The notes under the pieces are model-generated. The model was given only the letters and a program-made list of their open reading frames with translations, searched no databases and was not told the origin of the DNA. The position numbers and the translations under genes are program-made. DNA of 64,000 nucleotides, taken from Elainellaceae cyanobacterium (GTDB taxonomy: Bacteria > Cyanobacteriota > Cyanobacteriia > CAZCXK01). The stretch's first letter is position 1; every line of letters begins with the position of its first letter. This document shows, in pieces, positions 19,375 through 28,205 of this stretch. Where the stretch lies: contig JBNPEG010000003.1 of assembly GCA_051117555.1 (NCBI GenBank), positions 1 through 64,000 of the forward strand, read 5' to 3'.

Positions 19375-21345
19375 TCATGCAAAGCGAGCCTGATATCGCC
19401 CCAGCGCAATCAATGGGAAATAGTGCTGATACATGTGGTATTTGAGATAGAAATGACCGGGAAATCCGGTGCCTGTAAAATAGGGCTCATCCCAACCACC
19501 ATCCGATCGCTGAGTCGTAATCAAATATCGAACCCCGTTTTGAATCGCGTCTAGCTCGGGTTGTCCAGTCACATCACCAGCGGCAATTAAGCCAATCAAT
19601 GCCCATGCCGTTTGCGAGGCCGTGCTGTCTCCCTGTCCCTTTAAAGATGGGTCATTGTAGCTAAAGCAGGTTTCACCCCAGCCCCCATCCGGATTTTGGC
19701 AACTGACTAACCAGGTTGCTCCTCGCTCGATTTGACGGCGATGAGTAATGGGGGCAACCAGGGCAAGAGCCGACAGCACGCCGCTCGTTCCATAGATGTA
19801 GTTGACTCCCCAACGACCATACCAGCAGCCGTCGCTTTCTTGTTCGGCGGTGAGGTAGTCGAGGGCACGGGTAAGACGAGCAGGATTTTGGGATGTGGGA
19901 ATGAGAGAGAGACTGTCGGGAGACGAAGAGGTTTGAGTCGTAAATTTTGAGGAGTGGATTCCGATAACATAGCCAATCATTTCTACGACCCGTGCTGTGA
20001 CGTCGGCGGTGTTGGGGTCGATCATCGCTTTGAGGTCGGCATAGGGAAGGGCATTGAGCCAGTCTTGGTCATTATCGAGGTCGAAGGCTCCCCAGCCACC
20101 GGGTTTGCACTGCATGGTGGCAATCCAGTCGAGGGCGCGGGCGATCGCCATTTGCTTCAAGTCTTCGTTCGGCAACGCTAACTGGCTCAGCGCCATCACC
20201 ACCACTGCCGAATCATCTACGTCAGGATACCAGCGGTTTACAAACTCGAATGCCCATGCGCCCGGTTTGCCCTGCGTATTCTTGACGGCCCAGTCGCCAT
20301 AGTCGAGAATTTGCTGATCTAAGAGCCATTGACCGGCTTTGACCAGGGCGGGGTGATCGGCAGGCATTCCCGAATCGATGCAGGCGCGAATCACCCACGC
20401 CGTATCCCAGACGGGAGACACGCAAGGCTGCACTCGGTATGTATCAGTTGTTTCAATCACAAAGCGATCGACGGATGCCATGCCCCGCTCTACGACTGGA
20501 TCGTCAGCATCGTAACCGAGCGATCGCAACGCCAGTAGTGAATTTAGCATCGCTGGAATAATGCCGCCCCAGTCGCCGCTGGCTTCTTGCCGTTCGAGCA
20601 CCCATTTTTCAGCCGCCCGCAATCCTTCGTCGCGGAAAGGAACTAGATTTAAATCTTCTGCGAGCTTAAAGCCTTTATCAAGCCAGAGAAACACGTCAGA
20701 CCAATCCCCACTGCTGGGAAAGTCAAGATTGGCATGGGCGCGACCTTCGACATACAGCTCATCTAGAGTGATTCCTGGTTCGGTCACATAAACGGGCTTT
20801 TGGTCAAACACAATCAGCAGCGGCACCGTGCTGCCTCGCGCCCAGCTCGACATTTCATAAATCGGGAATGAGTTGGGCAGCAGCATAACCCACGGCGGGA
20901 TGGAGGGCACGCCGCGCCAGTCGTAGCAGCCAATGAGCGCCAGATGCATTTTGGTGAATACGCGAGTTTTTGTAATGCCGCCGCGATCGCAAATAAACTG
21001 TCTCGCCGTCACCATCGCCGGATCATCAACAGAAACGCCCAACAGCTTCAGCGCCATATACGCCTCAACCGAGTTGCTGAGATGCCCGCCATCGCCGTAA
21101 AAGAGTTCCCACCCGCCGTGATCGCGCTGTTGCGATCGCAAATAGTGTTCGATTTTGTGAAGCGGTCGAGTGTTATCAGTGCCCCAAATCTTATGCAGCA
21201 AGACGACCTCAGCCGCCATTGTCACGTTTGACTCTAATTCTGCCCACCAATAGCCATCGGGATATTGCTGCGATAGAAAGTAGGTTTGACTGGCGGCGAT
21301 CGCCTGCTCTAACCCAGCAATATGGGTTCTATCTTGAATTTGCAT
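19375..21345 (-). CDS. shc: Squalene-hopene cyclase
   Basis: DVDDSA catalytic motif, QW repeats (QNPDGGWGE, QRSDGGW), GRWGVNYIYGT and FTGTGFP. Confidence 0.95.
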   Translation of the reverse strand: MQIQDRTHIAGLEQAIAASQTYFLSQQYPDGYWWAELESNVTMAAEVVLLHKIWGTDNTRPLHKIEHYLRSQQRDHGGWELFYGDGGHLSNSVEAYMALKLLGVSVDDPAMVTARQFICDRGGITKTRVFTKMHLALIGCYDWRGVPSIPPWVMLLPNSFPIYEMSSWARGSTVPLLIVFDQKPVYVTEPGITLDELYVEGRAHANLDFPSSGDWSDVFLWLDKGFKLAEDLNLVPFRDEGLRAAEKWVLERQEASGDWGGIIPAMLNSLLALRSLGYDADDPVVERGMASVDRFVIETTDTYRVQPCVSPVWDTAWVIRACIDSGMPADHPALVKAGQWLLDQQILDYGDWAVKNTQGKPGAWAFEFVNRWYPDVDDSAVVVMALSQLALPNEDLKQMAIARALDWIATMQCKPGGWGAFDLDNDQDWLNALPYADLKAMIDPNTADVTARVVEMIGYVIGIHSSKFTTQTSSSPDSLSLIPTSQNPARLTRALDYLTAEQESDGCWYGRWGVNYIYGTSGVLSALALVAPITHRRQIERGATWLVSCQNPDGGWGETCFSYNDPSLKGQGDSTASQTAWALIGLIAAGDVTGQPELDAIQNGVRYLITTQRSDGGWDEPYFTGTGFPGHFYLKYHMYQHYFPLIALGRYQARFA

Positions 21346-21447
21346 ACCGAAACACTCCTCACCCTCGATCGATCACTCACTCCATTACAAAACTATACAA
21401 TGCCACGCTGAGGAGCTGCCGAATTAAAGGAGTGACGCGGCAATGCC

Positions 21448-21564
21448 GATTTTGGATTTTGGAATTTGGAATTTGGAATAGTGGGTTGAGCGACGTCGAA
21501 ACTATTTCGGATTTTGGATTTTGGATTTTGGAATTTGGAATAGTGGGTTGAGCGACGTCGAAAC
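21448..21564. repeat. Two direct copies (62-bp period) of a GGATTTT/GGAATTT heptamer run followed by AGTGGGTTGAGCGACGTCGAAAC
   Basis: Copies at 21448-21502 and 21510-21564 differ by one base in the heptamer run. Confidence 0.9.
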
Positions 21565-21660
21565 CGGGTTAATCGCTCAATATGCCATTGTCATAGAGAA
21601 ACATCGAATGGTGATGGCTTGACATACGAATGTAATCGATGATCTTTGAATTGTAATAGG

Positions 21661-21884
21661 TCAACATGTTAATGCGATCGCTCAACATGCGATTGCAGCG
21701 GCGATATTACCAATGCGATCGCTCGACATGCGATTACAGCGACGATATTACCAATGCGATCGCTCGACATGCGATTACAGCGGCGATATTACCAATGCGA
21801 TCGCTCAACATGTTAATGCGATGGGTCAACATGCCATTGCAGGGGCGATATTACCAATGCGATCGCCCAACATGCGATTGCAGC
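21661..21884. repeat. HIP1-containing tandem array (41-bp unit plus a 21-bp half unit)
   Basis: Unit AATGCGATCGCTCRACATGCGATTRCAGCGRCGATATTACC starts at 21671, 21712, 21753, 21815 (degenerate) and 21856 (partial). A 21-bp unit starts at 21794. Confidence 0.9.
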
Positions 21885-22004
21885 AGCTCAAGAGGGCGGA
21901 AATTTCATACCCATTAGTGTGAGCGTCTCGCTCACGTCAACGTTTCTCACATCAATCAATGATTGGTTTAATTTTTGCCAAACGATACGAGTTGCTACAT
22001 TCAG

Positions 22005-23591
22005 CTAATTTTGATAAGCCTTTTGCCGCGTCGGTAGTCGAACAGTAAAGACACTTCCCTCATCCGCATTGGAATTAACTTCGATCGACCCTTGATGTTC
22101 TTCGACAATAATGCGAGATAGATGTAAGCCTAGACCACTGCCAGACCGACGCTCTCGACCTTGGCGAAACCGTTTAAAGATCTCCTGTTGCTCGTGAGAT
22201 GAAATGCCAGGGCCTGTGTCTTGAACATCAATCTCAACCCACGATTTATGATCAGACGAATCGTAGTGAGGAGAAGATAAAAACTCTGTTATACGGACAT
22301 CGATTGTCCCTTGCTGGGTAAATTTTATGGCGTTTCCCAACAAATTCGTTAACACCCGACGAAGTTCGAGGCGATCGCCCACAAATGATTGAAGGACATC
22401 AGAATCAGACTCGACATGTAGATTAATGGTCAATCCTTTTTCGCAAGCAAGCGGGTTTAGTTCATCCACGACTTCTTGAACGAGCGATTGAATATCAAAC
22501 GGCGAAAGCGTCAGTTCTTTGCGCCCCGCTTCGTGGCGATAGACCTCTAAAAGATTATTGACCATTTGCAACAGGTCTTTGTTGTTTTTGGCGATCGTGG
22601 CCATCGCCTGCTGCAATGAGGGGGATATGTCGCCAAACATGCCGTCTTGAATGAGCTGAAACATTCGATCTGCCGCAATCAGAGGCGTTCGCAAGTCGTG
22701 CGTCAGCCGAGAGACAAAATCTTCTCGCTGTTTGGCAATGGCGTCTCGATCTTGGATAGTGCGCTTGAGCAGTTCGTTTTGGGCGGCTAGTTTTTCTTCA
22801 GCCTGTTTCCGTTCAGTAATATCGACCACTACGCCCGCCATTCGCGTGGGGCGACCGTGAATAGTGCGCTGCGCCTTTCCTCGAACAATGCAATATCGGT
22901 CTGCACCCGACGAATGACGAAATCGCAGCTCCACATCAAAGGGGGTGTTGCGATTCAGGTGAGCTTCGATTGCCGTTTCAAACTGCTGGCGGTCGTCTGG
23001 ATGAACCAACTCGCAAAATGTCTCAAAGGTTGCATCAATCTGCGATCGCTGAAATCCTACAATGTCTAATAAGCGATCGTTCCAATAGATTTCGCCTGTA
23101 TTGATTGTCCAATCCCAGATGCCGTCGTTCGCGCCTTCGAGGACGAAGCGAAATCTTTCTTCCGTCTCGCGCAGCTTTTGGTTGGCGACCGTTGCTTCTA
23201 CATTGGCTCGATGAATCCGAATGACATTCTGGAGACGCCGAGAGAGCGATCGCGACGAAATTCTATCTTTAGATAGATAATCTGATGCGCCTGCTTTGAT
23301 TAATTCAACAGCAATTTGATCATCGGCTTGCCCCGTCAAAATGATCAGCGGAGTATCTACTCCAGCGCCTCGCAAATCTTGCACCAGCGCTAATCCATCT
23401 TTATCAGGTAGGCGATAGTCGATGAATACGCAGTCAAATGAATCGTGCTCTAAAATGGCGATCGCCGTTGAATAATCACACGCCTCAGTTAGCTTAACCT
23501 GAATGCCTGCTTTCTTAAGAGCGCGGCAGATGACGAGCCGATCAACCTCATCATCATCAACAACCAAAATTCTAATGGCTTCATCCTGCAT
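22005..23591 (-). CDS. Hybrid receiver-PAS-histidine kinase
   Basis: N-terminal REC (ILVVDDD...DYRLP), PAS (GANDGIWDW...VHPDD), H-box THDLRTP, NLLGNAIKF and GSGLGL. Confidence 0.92.
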   Translation of the reverse strand: MQDEAIRILVVDDDEVDRLVICRALKKAGIQVKLTEACDYSTAIAILEHDSFDCVFIDYRLPDKDGLALVQDLRGAGVDTPLIILTGQADDQIAVELIKAGASDYLSKDRISSRSLSRRLQNVIRIHRANVEATVANQKLRETEERFRFVLEGANDGIWDWTINTGEIYWNDRLLDIVGFQRSQIDATFETFCELVHPDDRQQFETAIEAHLNRNTPFDVELRFRHSSGADRYCIVRGKAQRTIHGRPTRMAGVVVDITERKQAEEKLAAQNELLKRTIQDRDAIAKQREDFVSRLTHDLRTPLIAADRMFQLIQDGMFGDISPSLQQAMATIAKNNKDLLQMVNNLLEVYRHEAGRKELTLSPFDIQSLVQEVVDELNPLACEKGLTINLHVESDSDVLQSFVGDRLELRRVLTNLLGNAIKFTQQGTIDVRITEFLSSPHYDSSDHKSWVEIDVQDTGPGISSHEQQEIFKRFRQGRERRSGSGLGLHLSRIIVEEHQGSIEVNSNADEGSVFTVRLPTRQKAYQN

Positions 23592-23634
23592 GGGGGCGCG
23601 GTGTCTCCGGGCAGTTTGACTAGGATTAACTGGA

Positions 23635-24081
23635 TCAAGGTAGTTCGCTTGCTGTCCAATATTGATGCACTAAAGTCATCATCCTAGCGAATTCTGTGAA
23701 AGGAGACGACTTCAGCATATAGCCTGCCACGTTGAAGTCAAACGCATGTTGCCGATCTTGCTCAGCATCGGACGTCGTTAAAATCACGACTGGTGTCCCT
23801 CGAAGATGAGGGTCTTCACGAAGCTCTTTTAGAAACTGGAGCCCATCCATAGTGGGCATGTTTAAATCTAAAAGAATCAAGCGACGATCAGGGGGAACAA
23901 CGGGAGGCTTTCCTCCGTGACCTCGCAACATTTCCAGAGCTTCTTGTCCATGGTTGGCAATATAGAGCGGTAAATTGATGCCGCTTTTTTGTAAGGCGCG
24001 CTTGACATTGATGATGTCTACTTCATCGTCTTCGACCAGCAAAACATTGACTTTATCTTTATTAACGCTTGAATTAACCAC
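23635..24081 (-). CDS. Single-domain response regulator (Rcp1-like)
   Basis: LLVEDD, LILLDLNMP, VVILTTS and AGYMLK. Confidence 0.9.
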   Translation of the reverse strand: MVNSSVNKDKVNVLLVEDDEVDIINVKRALQKSGINLPLYIANHGQEALEMLRGHGGKPPVVPPDRRLILLDLNMPTMDGLQFLKELREDPHLRGTPVVILTTSDAEQDRQHAFDFNVAGYMLKSSPFTEFARMMTLVHQYWTASELP

Positions 24082-24263
24082 TAATATTCATGTGCATACA
24101 GCGTATGCAACTTTTTCGGCATTTTTCAGTCAAATTGTTCGAAATGTATCTTTGATTTTTTTAAAGGGTGTTTCTAATATAGTTTAAGAGCGCTGTGGCG
24201 CTTAATTTCTCAGCATAGCGAAAGAGATTAGAATCTACCGAAAGGTCATTTGATACCCTATCT

Positions 24264-26102
24264 TTATTTTGAGTTGGGCCATGTAAAACTGAACACCGTT
24301 CCGCTACCTGGCTCAGATTTTAACCAAATGTTGCCACCTTCAGATTCGACAATCTTTTTCACAACAGATAGCCCAATCCCCGTGCTTTCCGCGCGCTTCT
24401 CTGGCTTAAGCACCTGAAAAATTGTGAACACTTTCTCATGCTGCTCATGGGGAATACCGGGGCCATCATCTGCAACGCTAAATTCATACCATTGCCCCTT
24501 ATCTTTTGCAGCTATTTCGACTCGGCCATCGGGGCGATTGTGATGTTTGATGGCGTTGCCAATTAAGTTGGCAAAGACTTGTTTTAATAAGACCGGACGT
24601 GCCGAAAATGTTGGCATTTCTGATGTGATGCTAATCTCAAATTCGGCAGGGGGATCAAGAATATCGATGACGTCGCGCACAAGCGCGTCTGTATTCACCT
24701 CTTCGATTGGCGCTGTTGACCGTCCGACTCTCGCATAGTCAAGCAATCCGTTAATGAGTGCCTGCATTCGATGCACTCGATTTCTGAGTAAGTCCATGTG
24801 ATGGTGGACTTCGTTTGGGAGTTGCCCGTTTAAGTCTTCTTCGATCCACTCTGATAGATTGGCGATCGCTCTCAGAGGTGCTTTAAGATCATGAGACGCA
24901 ACATAGGCAAACTGGTCGAGTTCTCGGTTGCGATTCGCCAGCATTTCGTTTGTCTTAGCTAAGGTTGCCGTCAGTCGCACTAGCTCATTGGCTCGTGCTT
25001 GCAGTGCAGTTTCAGATCGCTGTCGCTCGGTGACATCTCTAAAAATGGCGATCAGTCGACCATCAAGCTGCATGTCTGTAATGGTGACTTCGACTGGGAA
25101 GGATGCGCCAACTTTGCGTCTGCCCTTGGTGCGATGGGGATGGTCTAGAAGAACCTGATTATTATCTAAGTAGACTGTCTTTCCGTGCCCCTTTTCGTTA
25201 ACCAGAGGGTCTTCTAGTAAAAAGCGGAGAGGTTGACCAATCACCTCATCGGGCTGATACCCAAACATTTTGGCAGCACCTGGATTAAACGTCTCAATGC
25301 GTCCGCGATGATCGAGAATTAAGATGCCATCCACAACATTATCAACAATGGCTTGCATGTGGTTTTGGCTTTCACGCAACTGAAGCTCTCCCGCCTGCAA
25401 TTCTCGCTCAATTCGCTCCAACAGATAGATGGCGGCTAACGAACCGACTAACCCTAGAGCAATCGCGATTCCGATGACGAGGGTGGTGCTGCGTCGAATT
25501 TGCTGCAAGTCTTGCTGTTCTTGGGCAAGTGCTCGCTGTTCCTCAGCGTTTAATTGCTCAAGTGTGTCACGAATTTGCCTCATCAATTCGGTATTTTGGC
25601 TGAGTACTAGATCAAGGGACGGTTGTTGAATAGAGTCGCGTTGCTCGGATGCTTGATTTTGTGCTGTCGCATCGAGGCGTTCTAAGTTTTCGGCTGAGGT
25701 GGCGATCGCACGTTTGACTAAGCCCTCCAACCGAGCCAATTGAGTCTGCTGTGCCGGATCGGTTTCAAGAAGCTGATCAAGCTGATCAATTGAACTGGGG
25801 AAATTGGCGATCGCCTGTCGGTAGGCCGTCAAAAACTCAGGTTGCTGAGTCGCATAATACCCTCGAATTGCAGTTTGAGCGCTCAAAAAATCAATCAGCA
25901 AACGGTCAGTCTCTGTAATGACAGATTTCGATTGATTGATATTGGTATGAATCTCAATTGCCTGTTGTCGTGCCACTACCCACGCACCCAAACCAAACGT
26001 CAGGCAAATCACCGGAATCGTCGTGATAATCGTTCGGCGTCGATGGTTGGGTAGATTAGACCAGAGTCCTCGGATATGGTTTAACGAAAAAAACTGAGCC
26101 AT
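24264..26102 (-). CDS. CHASE3-PAS sensor histidine kinase
   Basis: Two TM segments flank a CHASE3-like domain (AQTAIRGYYAT...FL..Y). PAS follows, then H-box FAYVASHDLKAPL, NLIGNAIKH and TGIGL. Confidence 0.9.
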   Translation of the reverse strand: MAQFFSLNHIRGLWSNLPNHRRRTIITTIPVICLTFGLGAWVVARQQAIEIHTNINQSKSVITETDRLLIDFLSAQTAIRGYYATQQPEFLTAYRQAIANFPSSIDQLDQLLETDPAQQTQLARLEGLVKRAIATSAENLERLDATAQNQASEQRDSIQQPSLDLVLSQNTELMRQIRDTLEQLNAEEQRALAQEQQDLQQIRRSTTLVIGIAIALGLVGSLAAIYLLERIERELQAGELQLRESQNHMQAIVDNVVDGILILDHRGRIETFNPGAAKMFGYQPDEVIGQPLRFLLEDPLVNEKGHGKTVYLDNNQVLLDHPHRTKGRRKVGASFPVEVTITDMQLDGRLIAIFRDVTERQRSETALQARANELVRLTATLAKTNEMLANRNRELDQFAYVASHDLKAPLRAIANLSEWIEEDLNGQLPNEVHHHMDLLRNRVHRMQALINGLLDYARVGRSTAPIEEVNTDALVRDVIDILDPPAEFEISITSEMPTFSARPVLLKQVFANLIGNAIKHHNRPDGRVEIAAKDKGQWYEFSVADDGPGIPHEQHEKVFTIFQVLKPEKRAESTGIGLSVVKKIVESEGGNIWLKSEPGSGTVFSFTWPNSK

Positions 26103-26671
26103 GTTGATGTGTGCTAAAGCTTAGTCTGCTTCATTAATCTGCTTCAAATGAAATCTGGAAGAGTTGCTGCAACTACCCCCTTCCCGACTGGTTAATATAC
26201 AAGACGTATGACGGCTCATGCTCAAAATTTATGCCTAAGTTGACGTGTATGCGCTTAAAAGCTTTCTCTTCTAACGGCAGACCTATCCAAGCTGGACTAA
26301 ACCCTTAATTCTTATGGTAAAGCGTCGCCCTCGACCTGGCAGTCTCACAGCGTCAGATGTCCTAACGACAAGTTGAAGCGTCTTTGCGTGTAGGCGCGGC
26401 TATCTGCGGGAACGCCGGCGTTATGATGCCTCTACATCCTCCCCACACAGGCTCGAATGGTTGCGCTGTTCGTTGAATGGGTCTGTCGAAGGACTGAAGG
26501 CTTTTTCTGCATCGTGTTTCTCAGGGTGGAAGATGTTTTGCGCTCCAACCCTATAAGGTTGATAACAATTAACCAATCGAATTTCTTGGCTCAGACGATT
26601 AAAGGTTCAAGACTAAGTCGCACGTTTTCAGACAACAGAAGATACCAAATCAGTCAATTAGGAGGCAAACT

Positions 26672-26974
26672 ATGGCAACCTATCAGGTTACTTTGAAGAA
26701 CGAAGCTGAAGATTTAAACAAGACGATTGAGGTTCCCGAAGAAGAGTATATCCTCGATATCGCAGAAGAAGAGTATGGTATGGATTTGCCCTACTCATGT
26801 CGTGCAGGAGCATGCTCAACCTGCGCCGGAAAATTGGTTGAAGGATCAATTGATCAATCGGAGCAGCAGTTTCTAGATGATGAGCAAATTGATGAAGGCT
26901 ATGTGCTTACCTGCATTGGTCGTCCAACATCTGATTGCACCATCATCACTCATCAAGAAGGTGAAATTTACTAA
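26672..26974 (+). CDS. petF: Plant-type 2Fe-2S ferredoxin (PetF-like paralog)
   Basis: [13 protein letters not shown]...LTC and MATYQVTL start. RBS AGGAGG lies upstream. Confidence 0.9.
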   Translation: MATYQVTLKNEAEDLNKTIEVPEEEYILDIAEEEYGMDLPYSCRAGACSTCAGKLVEGSIDQSEQQFLDDEQIDEGYVLTCIGRPTSDCTIITHQEGEIY

Positions 26975-27033
26975 TCGACTGAATGCAACATGACATGTTC
27001 TTGCGTGAGAATTTAATAGATTCTTTAAATAAA

Positions 27034-27081
27034 GATCAGCTTAACCCTGCCCCTTAAAGGATGGGTAAGGTTAAGCTGATC
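27034..27081 (+). terminator. Hairpin downstream of ferredoxin (terminator or 3' stabiliser)
   Basis: Perfect 13-bp arms GATCAGCTTAACC / GGTTAAGCTGATC about 60 bp after the stop. Confidence 0.6.
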
Positions 27082-27339
27082 CCAAAATATTATTAGAAAG
27101 TATGAAAAATACTTAAAGAAATGTTTAGTAGAAACGATAAAGTGCAGGACTGAAAGATATTCAATCAATGTGCCTGTAACGTTGAGATAATCGCACTATT
27201 CCGGTTCTAATTTTAATCCTTTCATTATAGATCTTTTATAGATCTTTAAGCTTTTATTTACTTCTAAGGATAGATGCGTATACCTTTCTGTATTCCCGAT
27301 GATAGTAAATAACTATTAAAGAGATTTAGAGCGTGATAT

Positions 27340-28059
27340 ATGAATAAAATTCGCGTTGCTCTTATCGAAGACCATGATTTGACGCGAATCGGGTTGCAAG
27401 CCGCCCTTCCTAAACAAGGCAATATTCAAATCGTGGCTGAAGCGACGAACGGCAGAGATGGATTGAAAGCCCTCAGAACTGCTTTGCCCGATGTTGCTTT
27501 GGTAGACATCGGTTTACCTGAAATGGATGGAATCGAGTTGACAAGACGGTTTAAGGAGTTTCAGGCAACCTCTGGTTCATTACATACAAAAGTAATGATG
27601 CTAACCATGCATGACAATGAAGAAGATGTGCTGGCAGCATTTGCGGCAGGTGCCGATTCTTACAGCATTAAGGATGCGGGAATTGACCGATTGATCGAGG
27701 CGATTCAAGTCACAAACCAGGGTGACAATTGGATTGATCCATCAGTTGCTCGGATTGTCTTGAGGCAAAATCAAAGTGCTAAGTCAGGCGATCGCCACCG
27801 TAAGTATGGTGAGACGACGATGATTGGGGCGGTCGATCCGGAGTATGAGCGAATTATTGCAAACTGCTCACTCACTGAGAAAGAGCTTGAGGTTTTAGAA
27901 CTGATTGTGGCTGGACACAGCAATGCAGAGATTGCGAAGAAGCTATATGTGACAGTCGGTACTGTCAAGACCCACGTTCGCAGCATCTTGAATAAGCTGT
28001 GTGCAGACGATCGGACTCAGGCTGCTGTTCGGGCGTTGCGAGCTGGGCTTGTCCGATAA
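27340..28059 (+). CDS. NarL/LuxR-family response regulator
   Basis: REC domain (LIEDH, DIGLPEMDG) plus LuxR HTH (LTEKELEVL...SNAEIA...TVKTHV). Confidence 0.93.
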   Translation: MNKIRVALIEDHDLTRIGLQAALPKQGNIQIVAEATNGRDGLKALRTALPDVALVDIGLPEMDGIELTRRFKEFQATSGSLHTKVMMLTMHDNEEDVLAAFAAGADSYSIKDAGIDRLIEAIQVTNQGDNWIDPSVARIVLRQNQSAKSGDRHRKYGETTMIGAVDPEYERIIANCSLTEKELEVLELIVAGHSNAEIAKKLYVTVGTVKTHVRSILNKLCADDRTQAAVRALRAGLVR

Positions 28060-28205
28060 GGGCGGTGATGTGATGTAGCGAGGGGGCGATCGCCCCCGAT
28101 CAAAGGTATTTATAATTCAATCCCGCAAGATGCGATAGGCTAATTGAGGAATGGTGTTTTTGACTCCAATTTCTCACCTCAATATTGCTCGTCGCTCAAT
28201 CATTC

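Noticed and set aside
21661..21884. Possible CRISPR array
   Set aside because: The repeats are contiguous with no unique spacers, and there are no cas genes in the window.
21219..21922. Short ORFs over the repeats (21219-21551, 21666-21917, 21713-21922)
   Set aside because: These are translations of tandem repeats. The 41-bp unit shifts frame between copies, so they are unlikely to be coding.
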